From the IMG/VR virus record IMGVR_UViG_3300037805_000644, positions 62,001 to 126,000 of that record: a stretch of DNA of 64,000 nucleotides, one strand, 5' to 3'. Position numbers and translations under genes: made by a program. Position 1 is the first letter of the stretch. Each line of letters begins with the position of its first letter. Below the pieces are notes generated by a model that saw only the letters and a list, made by a program, of their open reading frames with translations, was not told where the DNA came from and did no database searches. Shown in pieces: positions 57,328 to 64,000 of the stretch.

Positions 57328-58691
57328 TAACGATTACCTCCGAACACGTCTGGATTCACAAGCCCGTCTACGCTGGCCTTTTCGGCCAGACGTTGCTGGT
57401 TCTGGTGGTAGGCCCGGACCTCAGGGTTCGGGTGGTTCAAATGGGGGTGCGGAGGTGCAGCGGGGGCAGTCTGAGGGGCTTCCTCTGCACTCATCTGAAC
57501 CTGCCGGGTCTCCAAGGTGTCCTGGAGGCTCTGGTGTCTGGTCACGGCGTTGGGGTCGGCGTCCAGGACGCGACCCTCCCGGTCCTTCTTGAGCTGGCCC
57601 CGACGCTGTTCCTTGACGAGGAAATTGGTGACATACCGCTCGGTCTTCCCACGGGAGTCGTCGTAAACACGGCGACCTCGCCCGGACCCTGCCTTACGGT
57701 CAGCCAGGATTTGAGCAAGCTGGTCCGGGTGGTAAGCCACCATCTGCATCGGCTCCATGTCGGCATCCTCCCGGCGGGTCAGCTCTTCCTGTAGGGCAAC
57801 ACGGCGTTGCTCGCGCTCCAGGCCCTCAGCCTCACGGCGAGCCGTGATCTGATTCTTGTAGTTCTCGACGATCATATCGTGCTGGTCCTGGTCACCCTCA
57901 ACCCACCGACGCATCTCGTCAGAAAGCTGATCCGCCGTCTTGGGCTGGTGGATGACTGCACCCTCAAGATCACGGTTCCGATCCTTCCGGTAGCCTTCCT
58001 CGTCTACCAACCCCGCCCGATAGTAGTAGTACCGATCCATGACCGACTGCCGGCGAGCATCCTCTTCCCGAGATCGCTGCTTGTCCTTGGTGTCCATTTT
58101 CTGGACACCCTTAGGTGCATGGGTTGAGGCAACCAGCTTGAACCCGTCCCACTGCCGCTCGGAAGCAAACCTTTCATCCTCAACTTGATTGAAGGCTGTC
58201 CAGATTTGTTGGACGAAATTCGAGCCCAAGGACTCGGATCCGGGCACCCCCAGATGTGCACCAAATTTGGTCTTGCCCATCATCCGCCAACGGGACCGGG
58301 AGCTTTCCTCGTACAGGTAAGATTCCACGCCCTCCCCTGCCTTCTCGGCCCGGGAGAACAAACCGATGACGGTACTGTACAGGATGCGGCGGACTTGCCG
58401 GGGGAGCCGCCGGACCATGTCATACAGGCGGGGGGTGTAATTGCGCTCTTCGAGGAGGTTGTACCCGTCTACCATCCAGATGGAACTGGCGATGGCCCAG
58501 TGCTGCCAGTCTCCCTCAGGGAGACCGGATGCCCGCGACTTGAGGAGGAACAGGTCACCTGGGGACAGCGTCCGCAACGCAATCCGAGTCCCCCCCACTG
58601 ACATCGTGGCGGAGATGAACCCCGGATTGAGGAGAGCCCCTACATCGTCGTAGTTGACTTTCCGCTGAGTTGCGGTCGTGTGCTGGAGCAC
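57327..58691 (-). CDS. Tail or baseplate assembly chaperone-like protein 2 (454 aa)
   Basis: N-terminal IALRTLSPGD... resembles the neighbour's FTLRVLLPEE...; immediately upstream of the tape measure; GTG start with GAGGGTGA RBS. Confidence 0.6.
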   Translation of the reverse strand: MLQHTTATQRKVNYDDVGALLNPGFISATMSVGGTRIALRTLSPGDLFLLKSRASGLPEGDWQHWAIASSIWMVDGYNLLEERNYTPRLYDMVRRLPRQVRRILYSTVIGLFSRAEKAGEGVESYLYEESSRSRWRMMGKTKFGAHLGVPGSESLGSNFVQQIWTAFNQVEDERFASERQWDGFKLVASTHAPKGVQKMDTKDKQRSREEDARRQSVMDRYYYYRAGLVDEEGYRKDRNRDLEGAVIHQPKTADQLSDEMRRWVEGDQDQHDMIVENYKNQITARREAEGLEREQRRVALQEELTRREDADMEPMQMVAYHPDQLAQILADRKAGSGRGRRVYDDSRGKTERYVTNFLVKEQRRGQLKKDREGRVLDADPNAVTRHQSLQDTLETRQVQMSAEEAPQTAPAAPPHPHLNHPNPEVRAYHQNQQRLAEKASVDGLVNPDVFGGNR

Positions 58692-58703
58692 TTCACATCA
58701 CCC

Positions 58704-59933
58704 TCAGCGATTGTCGCCGCTGAACCGAGGGTTGCGGGAGCCGCCCTGCTTGGGGTTGAGGGCGGCCTGACCTGGGACATGGCGCCGTCCGGGGTTCTGC
58801 TCGATGACCTGGGGAGTCTTCGGACGGAACACCGGGGCATCCCCGATGGTGCCCACCTGGGTGTGCTGGGCCTCAGCAAGGGCCTCTGTCAGTTGCTCTT
58901 GCGGGCGCACTTCATGGTCCACCCGTCGAGCGGCATGATGCGGTGCGGGGCGGCGGCCCATGCCTGCTTGGCGAGCCGCAGATAGGGCGGAGCCGTCCGG
59001 GTTGAGCGGGTCCACGTTGTGCATGGGCAGCCCGGATTGGGCTCGCCGCTGAGCCAGGCGGGCATTTTCAGCAGCTACTGCTGAGGCGAGCCCATCCGTA
59101 TCACCCGGGTCCACAAACGAGTTCTGCACCTGAGGGAGGAGGTCTACAGGCTCATCACCCTCCTGGGGGGGTCGAGCCTGTCGCTGTGGGGGGGGTGGCG
59201 CTGCCTGCTGGGGCACTGCCGAACGGCGAGGCTGAGGCTCCTCGGGGGTGTACGGGATGAACTCTTCCACCGTCTCTTGTGCCGGTGCTGCCTCAGCAGG
59301 GGTTTCCATCCTCTCAAGGTTGCCTTTCCGCTCCTCGTCGCTGGAGAGGTTGAAGTCTGCCATGCGCTCGACGCGCTCGGCGAAAGGAGCTTTCTCAGGG
59401 CCTGCCTTTTGCTGGCGCTGCGCCTCACGCAGCTCCGACAGCCGGCCCTCCAACCGATTGATCTCGGCGTCGAGATCCACCGGCTCGAACACGATGGCTG
59501 CCTCAGCATCTTTCTCAACCTTGGCCAGGAGTTCCGCATACTTACGGAACACGCCCGTCAGGAGATGTCGGCCCCATTCGCGAATGAGGCCCGTGAGGGC
59601 ATCTGGCTTGGGGATCTTGACGGGCTGCCCATTGGGCAAAGTTTCGCCTGTCTCGATGAACTTCTCATGCCGGAGATCCAGCTCATTGAGCTGGATGATG
59701 GCGTGGGAAAGCAGAGAGGTCTGGAAACGGTCCATGAAAGACATGGCCGTATGCTGCTCTTCCTCGTCTCCCGTGCTCAAGGCTGTGGCCGCATACTTCT
59801 GAACCTCCACCTCCTCCTCAGGGAGGAGGACCCGAAGGGTGAAGGAGGTGCCGTGGATGGTGAAAGAGTGCTCACCTTTACCCACCTCTTCGACGGCGGA
59901 GAGAGCCTTTTCCAGTGCAGCGAGATTGATCAT
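58704..59933 (-). CDS. Tail assembly chaperone-like protein 1 (409 aa) with a long disordered C-terminus
   Basis: Lies between tube and tape measure. The first ~170 aa look folded and the remainder is P/Q/A/E-rich. Confidence 0.6.
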   Translation of the reverse strand: MINLAALEKALSAVEEVGKGEHSFTIHGTSFTLRVLLPEEEVEVQKYAATALSTGDEEEQHTAMSFMDRFQTSLLSHAIIQLNELDLRHEKFIETGETLPNGQPVKIPKPDALTGLIREWGRHLLTGVFRKYAELLAKVEKDAEAAIVFEPVDLDAEINRLEGRLSELREAQRQQKAGPEKAPFAERVERMADFNLSSDEERKGNLERMETPAEAAPAQETVEEFIPYTPEEPQPRRSAVPQQAAPPPPQRQARPPQEGDEPVDLLPQVQNSFVDPGDTDGLASAVAAENARLAQRRAQSGLPMHNVDPLNPDGSALSAARQAGMGRRPAPHHAARRVDHEVRPQEQLTEALAEAQHTQVGTIGDAPVFRPKTPQVIEQNPGRRHVPGQAALNPKQGGSRNPRFSGDNR

Positions 59934-59991
59934 GCGGTTCCTCGGTGAAGATTATGTCCTCACCTTACCCGGAAAGGTTCGGGAGGTGCCG

Positions 59992-60309
59992 CTAGGTGTG
60001 GTTGCTGAGGCGGGCTTGCTTCCAGATCTCACGCATCTGCTTGATGCTTGCACGGGGTCGCATAAGGCGGACACGCTTAACGGGCTCTGCCACCAGGGAC
60101 ATGGAGACCTTGAAGAGGTCAACCACCTGACGGGATTCCCGAGTCAATGCCTCAAACTCCCGGGGGTGTGGCATCTGCCGGAGCAGATTCGCATAAGCCT
60201 CCTCGAAAGCTAGGATGGCACTCAAGAGATGCCTGTGGCCCGCTACATCTTCTTGACGCAAGGGGCCTTCGGTCATCTTTTTCAGGTATGCCTTGGCGCG
60301 TTCCCGCAC
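59992..60309 (-). CDS. Hypothetical basic helical protein (105 aa)
   Basis: GTG start 4 bp after the tube stop; fills the gap in the operon. Confidence 0.6.
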   Translation of the reverse strand: MRERAKAYLKKMTEGPLRQEDVAGHRHLLSAILAFEEAYANLLRQMPHPREFEALTRESRQVVDLFKVSMSLVAEPVKRVRLMRPRASIKQMREIWKQARLSNHT

Positions 60310-60313
60310 TGGA

Positions 60314-61144
60314 TTACACGTTCAAGCTGACGGCACCACCGCCACCAACACCGTTACCGACCGAAGCCGAGGCGGCGAAGGGGTTGCCAGCCTCGATGGC
60401 GTTCTCCGAGAACCGGATGGACCCGAGCTGGCCGATGGTCGGGTCGTTACCCGTGGCCAGGAACTCGCCGTACACGCTCGCGAAATCGTGGACATCGGAG
60501 ATCATCACGTCCCCGCTCTCCATGATCATGCCGCTGTCCTTGGCGAAAGTCGTGGACCAACTCGTGAACCAGCAGGCTTCATAGATGGTGATCACTGCAC
60601 TGTGGCCTCGGTTGGTCGGGAACCCGGAGTTGTCCGGGGTGACCTCGGGGAAACCAACCTTGCTCACGCCACCATCAAACTGGCCGGGGGTCCCGCCGAT
60701 ACCGACGTTGGCAGCCTGGAGATCCGCATCCACGAGGGTGCTGAATACGAGCTGCTGCTCAATATCGAAGGGCCAACGGTGGTGCTTGAGCGAACGCACA
60801 GGGCCGTCCACGCCTGAGGCGTAACCGGTGGCCTGCCACAGGTTGCACAGGTACAGGAGGGCACGCTCGAAACTGGCGGTCATCGGCTCAGTCACACCGG
60901 GAACCAGCTCAGCGACCTGGTCGCCAAAGCCAACGCCACGCACAGGCTCGACCGTCCGGGATTCATTCGGGTTGAAGCTGGAGACCACGCCCATCTGGTG
61001 CAGGGCGGTCGAATCTCCGTAGGCCGGGGTCAGAAGGCGCACCTTCTGAGACACAGCCGTCCTCGTGTTCGGCGAGGTGCCGAAATCGTAGACGTAGCTG
61101 GTCCCCTGGAGCCCATTCTGGGGGTTGTTGTCGAGGTTCGGCAT
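60314..61144 (-). CDS. Contractile-tail tube protein (276 aa)
   Basis: MGVVSSFNPNESRTVEPVRGVGFG...ELVPG...SFERALLY...WPFDIEQ...ITIYEACWFTSWS...MESGDV is a myovirus tube pattern; GGAGG RBS. Confidence 0.8.
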   Translation of the reverse strand: MPNLDNNPQNGLQGTSYVYDFGTSPNTRTAVSQKVRLLTPAYGDSTALHQMGVVSSFNPNESRTVEPVRGVGFGDQVAELVPGVTEPMTASFERALLYLCNLWQATGYASGVDGPVRSLKHHRWPFDIEQQLVFSTLVDADLQAANVGIGGTPGQFDGGVSKVGFPEVTPDNSGFPTNRGHSAVITIYEACWFTSWSTTFAKDSGMIMESGDVMISDVHDFASVYGEFLATGNDPTIGQLGSIRFSENAIEAGNPFAASASVGNGVGGGGAVSLNV

Positions 61145-61242
61145 CTCAGTCCTCCACGAGGGGTAGTATGAGCACGGCGGCTCTGCTTAGTATTGGGGGG
61201 CTATAGGATCCGAACCGAGAAACGTCTACCTGACTTGAATGA

Positions 61243-61701
61243 GTGTTCCCCCAGGGTGAATTTCCGATGCAGCCCCTCAAAACGGGACAGCCTCCAGGAG
61301 AGGCCCACCCCAGTGCAAAGCTGACTGAGGCCGAGGTCCGGGCCATCCGCCGCCGCACAGCCGCAGGGGAACGCCAAAAAGACCTAGCTGCTGAGTTCCA
61401 CGTCAGCCCCTCCTCCATCTCCAAAATCGCCAACGGGAAATCTTGGGCCCATCTTGGCCCCACCCCCGGGCCGCTGAAAGCCCGAGGCAGTGACCGCCCC
61501 GCATCCAAGCTCACTGAGGGCGACATTGCACCTATCTGCCAGGCCATCAGGAGAGGGTTGGGGGTTCGGGCCGTAGCCCGGCACTATGGGGTGAGCCCCG
61601 CCACGATCTCCAAGATCTGGTCGGGCCTGACCTGGACACATGTACCCCGACCAGGATCCCCGTCTGAAAGCCCGCCCCGGAAACGGGTGTGGGAACGCTG
61701 A
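61243..61701 (+). CDS. Tandem HTH DNA-binding protein (NUMOD1/IENR1-like repeats) lacking a nuclease domain; start 61243 (GTG) or 61267 (ATG)
   Basis: Two repeats: GEAHPSAKLTEAEVRAIR...LAAEFHVSPSSISKIANGKSWAHL and GSDRPASKLTEGDI...VARHYGVSPATISKIWSGLTWTHV. Confidence 0.75.
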   Translation: MFPQGEFPMQPLKTGQPPGEAHPSAKLTEAEVRAIRRRTAAGERQKDLAAEFHVSPSSISKIANGKSWAHLGPTPGPLKARGSDRPASKLTEGDIAPICQAIRRGLGVRAVARHYGVSPATISKIWSGLTWTHVPRPGSPSESPPRKRVWER

Positions 61702-61827
61702 AAAGCAGGGAGGCCCCGAAATAAGGGGGGTTCCTTAGCTTCTCTTGAGGGTATCCTGCCGGAAAGGTTCCTGGCTCGACTTCCTGTCCCTGCCTCTGAA
61801 CCTTCACAACTAGGCAAGGGTCCGGTC

Positions 61828-62733
61828 ATGCCCGAGAGAAAAGATAACAGCCGAGTCAGCTCAAATGAGTTCGTCATCCTCCACCACATCAACCAAATGG
61901 CAGGCGGGACGGCTCGCCCCATCGTGGTTGAAGATCTTCGGGTGGCCTGTGACGTGGGTCCTTACTTTGACGCCAACCTCACCACACTGCATGAGACTCG
62001 GGGGGTCATCCACCTGGTGAACGTGGAGGGCGGGACCACCTGGGTCAACCTGTCCGACCAGGGTCGAGAGATTCTTGGGAATTATGGTCCGGGTTGGGAT
62101 CCCACAGCGCACTTTTACCAGGGCCACATCGGAACCGCTGTAGTGATCTGCGATGTCCTCCGGGAATTGGGCCGTGAGACCGACCTGGAAGAACTCGTCA
62201 GGCTGACGGGCTGGAAAACGGTCGGCAGCAAGATCAGAGACTGGGAGCTGGATCACGCAGGCGTTGTCCTCATCGGGAAAAAGAACACCGGACGCTGCCT
62301 CACCTACCAGCTTATCGGGAACCCCACCCCCCAGGAAGCTTACGCCCGGATCGACGCCCAGCGGGAGATTCGGAAGGCTCGGAAGGCGGCGAAGAGGGCG
62401 GCAGCAGAGGCTTTGGTGATCGAGGCCGACACCCCGATCACCAAAGCCTCCGCCCTATGGGCCGCCCAGCTCTGGAAAACGAAACCAGCGGGCACCGAGA
62501 CGAAAGGGGAGGAGGATCTGGATCTCCTGGTGAACTCCCTCCCGGATAGCCCGGAAACTCTGCACACCTCTCAGGGGTACAGCATTCAGGTTCTCCTGAC
62601 CCGAGCCGTCCGTGTGGAGGGGGTTCATTTCACCACTCCGGCCGGCACACCCCTTTTGGCAGATAACCTGTCGGAGAAAGAGGCCCGCTCCCTACTTGAT
62701 GTTTTTCGGGAAACCCTGAAAAACATCAAGTAG
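61828..62733 (+). CDS. Hypothetical protein (301 aa), possibly two winged-helix domains
   Basis: Segments ending ...WVNLSDQGREIL and ...DLEELVRLTGW...GVV...TYQL resemble wHTH wings; there is a basic linker RKARKAAKRAAA. Confidence 0.6.
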   Translation: MPERKDNSRVSSNEFVILHHINQMAGGTARPIVVEDLRVACDVGPYFDANLTTLHETRGVIHLVNVEGGTTWVNLSDQGREILGNYGPGWDPTAHFYQGHIGTAVVICDVLRELGRETDLEELVRLTGWKTVGSKIRDWELDHAGVVLIGKKNTGRCLTYQLIGNPTPQEAYARIDAQREIRKARKAAKRAAAEALVIEADTPITKASALWAAQLWKTKPAGTETKGEEDLDLLVNSLPDSPETLHTSQGYSIQVLLTRAVRVEGVHFTTPAGTPLLADNLSEKEARSLLDVFRETLKNIK

Positions 62734-62804
62734 GGGGGCCCACCCCCCCTATCGTAGAGTAATCCCCAAACCCGGGCTCCGGCCCACCCCAAAGGAGCAA
62801 CGCC

Positions 62805-63008
62805 ATGAGCGTGCAAAGCGAAGTTCAGGACCTCATCACTATCCTCACCAACTCCCTGGAGGACGCAGGCAAGGTGGACCTGGGGGTCAAGGCCGCCTCC
62901 CCCCGCCTCCGCAAGGAGCTGGCCTATGTCCGCGACACCTGCCAGGAACTGCGGAAAGCGTCCAGTGACGCCACCCGGAGCGTGAAGAAAGAAACTGTCG
63001 CGGACTGA
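62805..63008 (+). CDS. Histone H1-like (Hc1-family-like) small nucleoid protein (67 aa)
   Basis: DAGKVDLGVKAASPRLRKEL...QELRK resembles the G-N-K-A-A-G-x-R-x-R-K core of short Hc1-like proteins; AAAGGAG RBS. Confidence 0.6.
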   Translation: MSVQSEVQDLITILTNSLEDAGKVDLGVKAASPRLRKELAYVRDTCQELRKASSDATRSVKKETVAD

Positions 63009-63020
63009 GAACCCCAAGCC

Positions 63021-63070
63021 GAAAAAACAAAGCCCCCGTCTGGTCCTCCAGGCGGGGGCTTTGTTTTTTC
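63021..63070. terminator. Bidirectional-type intrinsic terminator
   Basis: 23-bp inverted repeat GAAAAAACAAAGCCCCCGTCTGG-TCCT-CCAGGCGGGGGCTTTGTTTTTTC with one G-U pair and A/T tracts on both flanks. Confidence 0.9.
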
Positions 63071-63095
63071 TGACCCTACACCAGAGGAGACAACA

Positions 63096-63308
63096 ATGGA
63101 CCAGCAAACCCGAGACCTGCTGAACGCAGCAATCAACGGAGCCCGAATGGCGGCTCGACGCGCCCGTCAGCCATTCGAGGGGCAGCGCAATGATCAGGCC
63201 CGTATCGCAAACGCTGCGGCCACCCAAATTGAGATGGCAGGGCTGGCCCTAGCCGGCCTGCGAGAGCAAGCCGATGCGGGGCCCGACCTTTTTGAGAATA
63301 GGGGGTAA
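63096..63308 (+). CDS. Hypothetical protein (70 aa)
   Basis: GAGGAG RBS, ATG start, Ala/Arg-rich helical composition. Confidence 0.7.
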   Translation: MDQQTRDLLNAAINGARMAARRARQPFEGQRNDQARIANAAATQIEMAGLALAGLREQADAGPDLFENRG

Positions 63309-63352
63309 CAATCCGGCTTTCGGTAGTAGGTGAGGTGAACGAAGGAGGCCAC

Positions 63353-64000
63353 ATGAGCCAGGACACCACCCGCTGCTACACCATCCCAGCCCACAATGAG
63401 GCCGAGTTGCAGAAGCGCCTGAACCTCATGGGTCGACGGGCGGCCAAGCTCGGTCTCCCTGCCCCCACGGCAACTCAGACGGCAGTCGAGTTCCGCCCCG
63501 TTCGGAAAAACGGCAAGCCCGTCCTCACCAGCTCGGGTGAAGCCGTCACCTCCAAGTGGCTCACCTTTGAGGTGAGCGCGGCCATTGTCAAGCTGGCCGG
63601 TTGGACCTTCCTGGGCACCGTCGAGCACACCCCCCATGGGAACATCCTCCGGGCCACTCCGGCGGGTGGTGACCTGGACCTCACCAAGTTCCGCAAGGAC
63701 AAGCCCACCTGCGACCACTGCAACACAAACCGGCAACGCAAGGACACCTACCTGGTTCTCCACGAGACCGGGGAGATTCGGCGAGTTGGCAAGAGCTGCA
63801 TCCAGGCGTTCCTGGGCAAGGATGCCCTGTCCAGCCTGACCTATGAGATTCAGCTCGATGATCTCGATGAGCTGGAAGAGTTCGGCGGGTTCGGGCGCTG
63901 CACGCCCTTCTACGGCATTGGGGATGTCTTGAGCACCACTGCCACCACCATCCGCCGCTTGGGGTGGGTGCCCCGCAGCAAGGCAGATGAGGGCTCCTGG
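63353..64000 (+). CDS. Phage-type hypothetical Zn-binding protein, 3'-truncated (at least 216 aa; MSQDTTRCYTIP...)
   Basis: Translated by hand and missing from the track because it has no stop. AAGGAGG RBS. It contains PTCDHCNTNRQRKDTYLV...GEIRRVGKSCIQAFLG. Confidence 0.8.
   Translation, partial: MSQDTTRCYTIPAHNEAELQKRLNLMGRRAAKLGLPAPTATQTAVEFRPVRKNGKPVLTSSGEAVTSKWLTFEVSAAIVKLAGWTFLGTVEHTPHGNILRATPAGGDLDLTKFRKDKPTCDHCNTNRQRKDTYLVLHETGEIRRVGKSCIQAFLGKDALSSLTYEIQLDDLDELEEFGGFGRCTPFYGIGDVLSTTATTIRRLGWVPRSKADEGSW

Noticed and set aside
58692-58706. Stop-codon readthrough or frameshift fusing the two chaperone-like genes (same frame, 12-bp gap)
   Set aside because: A second in-frame TGA at 58700-58698 follows the first. 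The downstream gene has its own RBS and GTG start, and no slippery heptamer was seen.
1-61144. Interpretation as a bacterial eCIS, tailocin or T6SS locus
   Set aside because: No AAA+ ATPase, membrane complex or bacterial housekeeping genes were seen. The long tape measure, giant virion genes and small phage-type plus-strand genes fit a phage better. It is not formally excluded because capsid genes are outside the window.
61702-61745. Possible terminator hairpin after the tandem-HTH gene
   Set aside because: The stem needs several G-U pairs and mismatches and has no clear U-tract.
62731-62751. G/C hairpin TAGGGGGG-CCCAC-CCCCCCTA after the 301-aa gene
   Set aside because: It is a homopolymer stem without a U-tract and overlaps the stop codon, so function cannot be supported.
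63194-63763. Minus-strand 189-aa ORF in the track
   Set aside because: It overlaps two plus-strand genes that have strong RBSs and a recognisable Cys motif.
1-64000. CRISPR array, tRNA, diversity-generating retroelement, intron/intein, transposon or alternative genetic code
   Set aside because: No repeat-spacer pattern, reverse transcriptase, transposase or intein motif was noticed. Intergenic gaps are at most ~130 bp and show no cloverleaf. All three standard stops terminate genes cleanly. This was an eye-level scan only.

Overview
This 64 kb window is most simply read as the tail and baseplate module of a large GC-rich (roughly 60-65% by eye) contractile-tailed, probably jumbo, bacteriophage. 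About 61 kb is one near-continuous minus-strand run of genes. From right to left these are: tail tube, two chaperone-like paralogues, tape measure, two tube-initiator-like paralogues, a 1731-aa baseplate hub with an embedded M15-type peptidase, the spike, a 3755-aa giant protein, a gp25-like wedge protein, baseplate J, a gpI-like protein, and six large fibre or receptor-binding-like proteins running off the left edge. Non-structural passengers interrupt the module: a GNAT-like gene exactly bracketed by a 16-bp direct repeat, a ParB/Srx-like gene, and a five-gene plus-strand cassette. The right end holds a plus-strand cluster of small putative DNA-binding proteins. No capsid, terminase, sheath, tRNA, CRISPR array, integrase or reverse transcriptase was recognised. 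The best candidates for new biology are three. First, the two enzyme-like passengers carry a shared terminal T-R-[VL]-A-x-Q peptide next to a K/R-x-A site, a possible virion-cargo tag. Second, two separate insertions are each flanked by a perfect 16-bp direct repeat. Third, several short motifs recur in the intergenic gaps. All functional calls come from motif recognition by eye; no database search was run.
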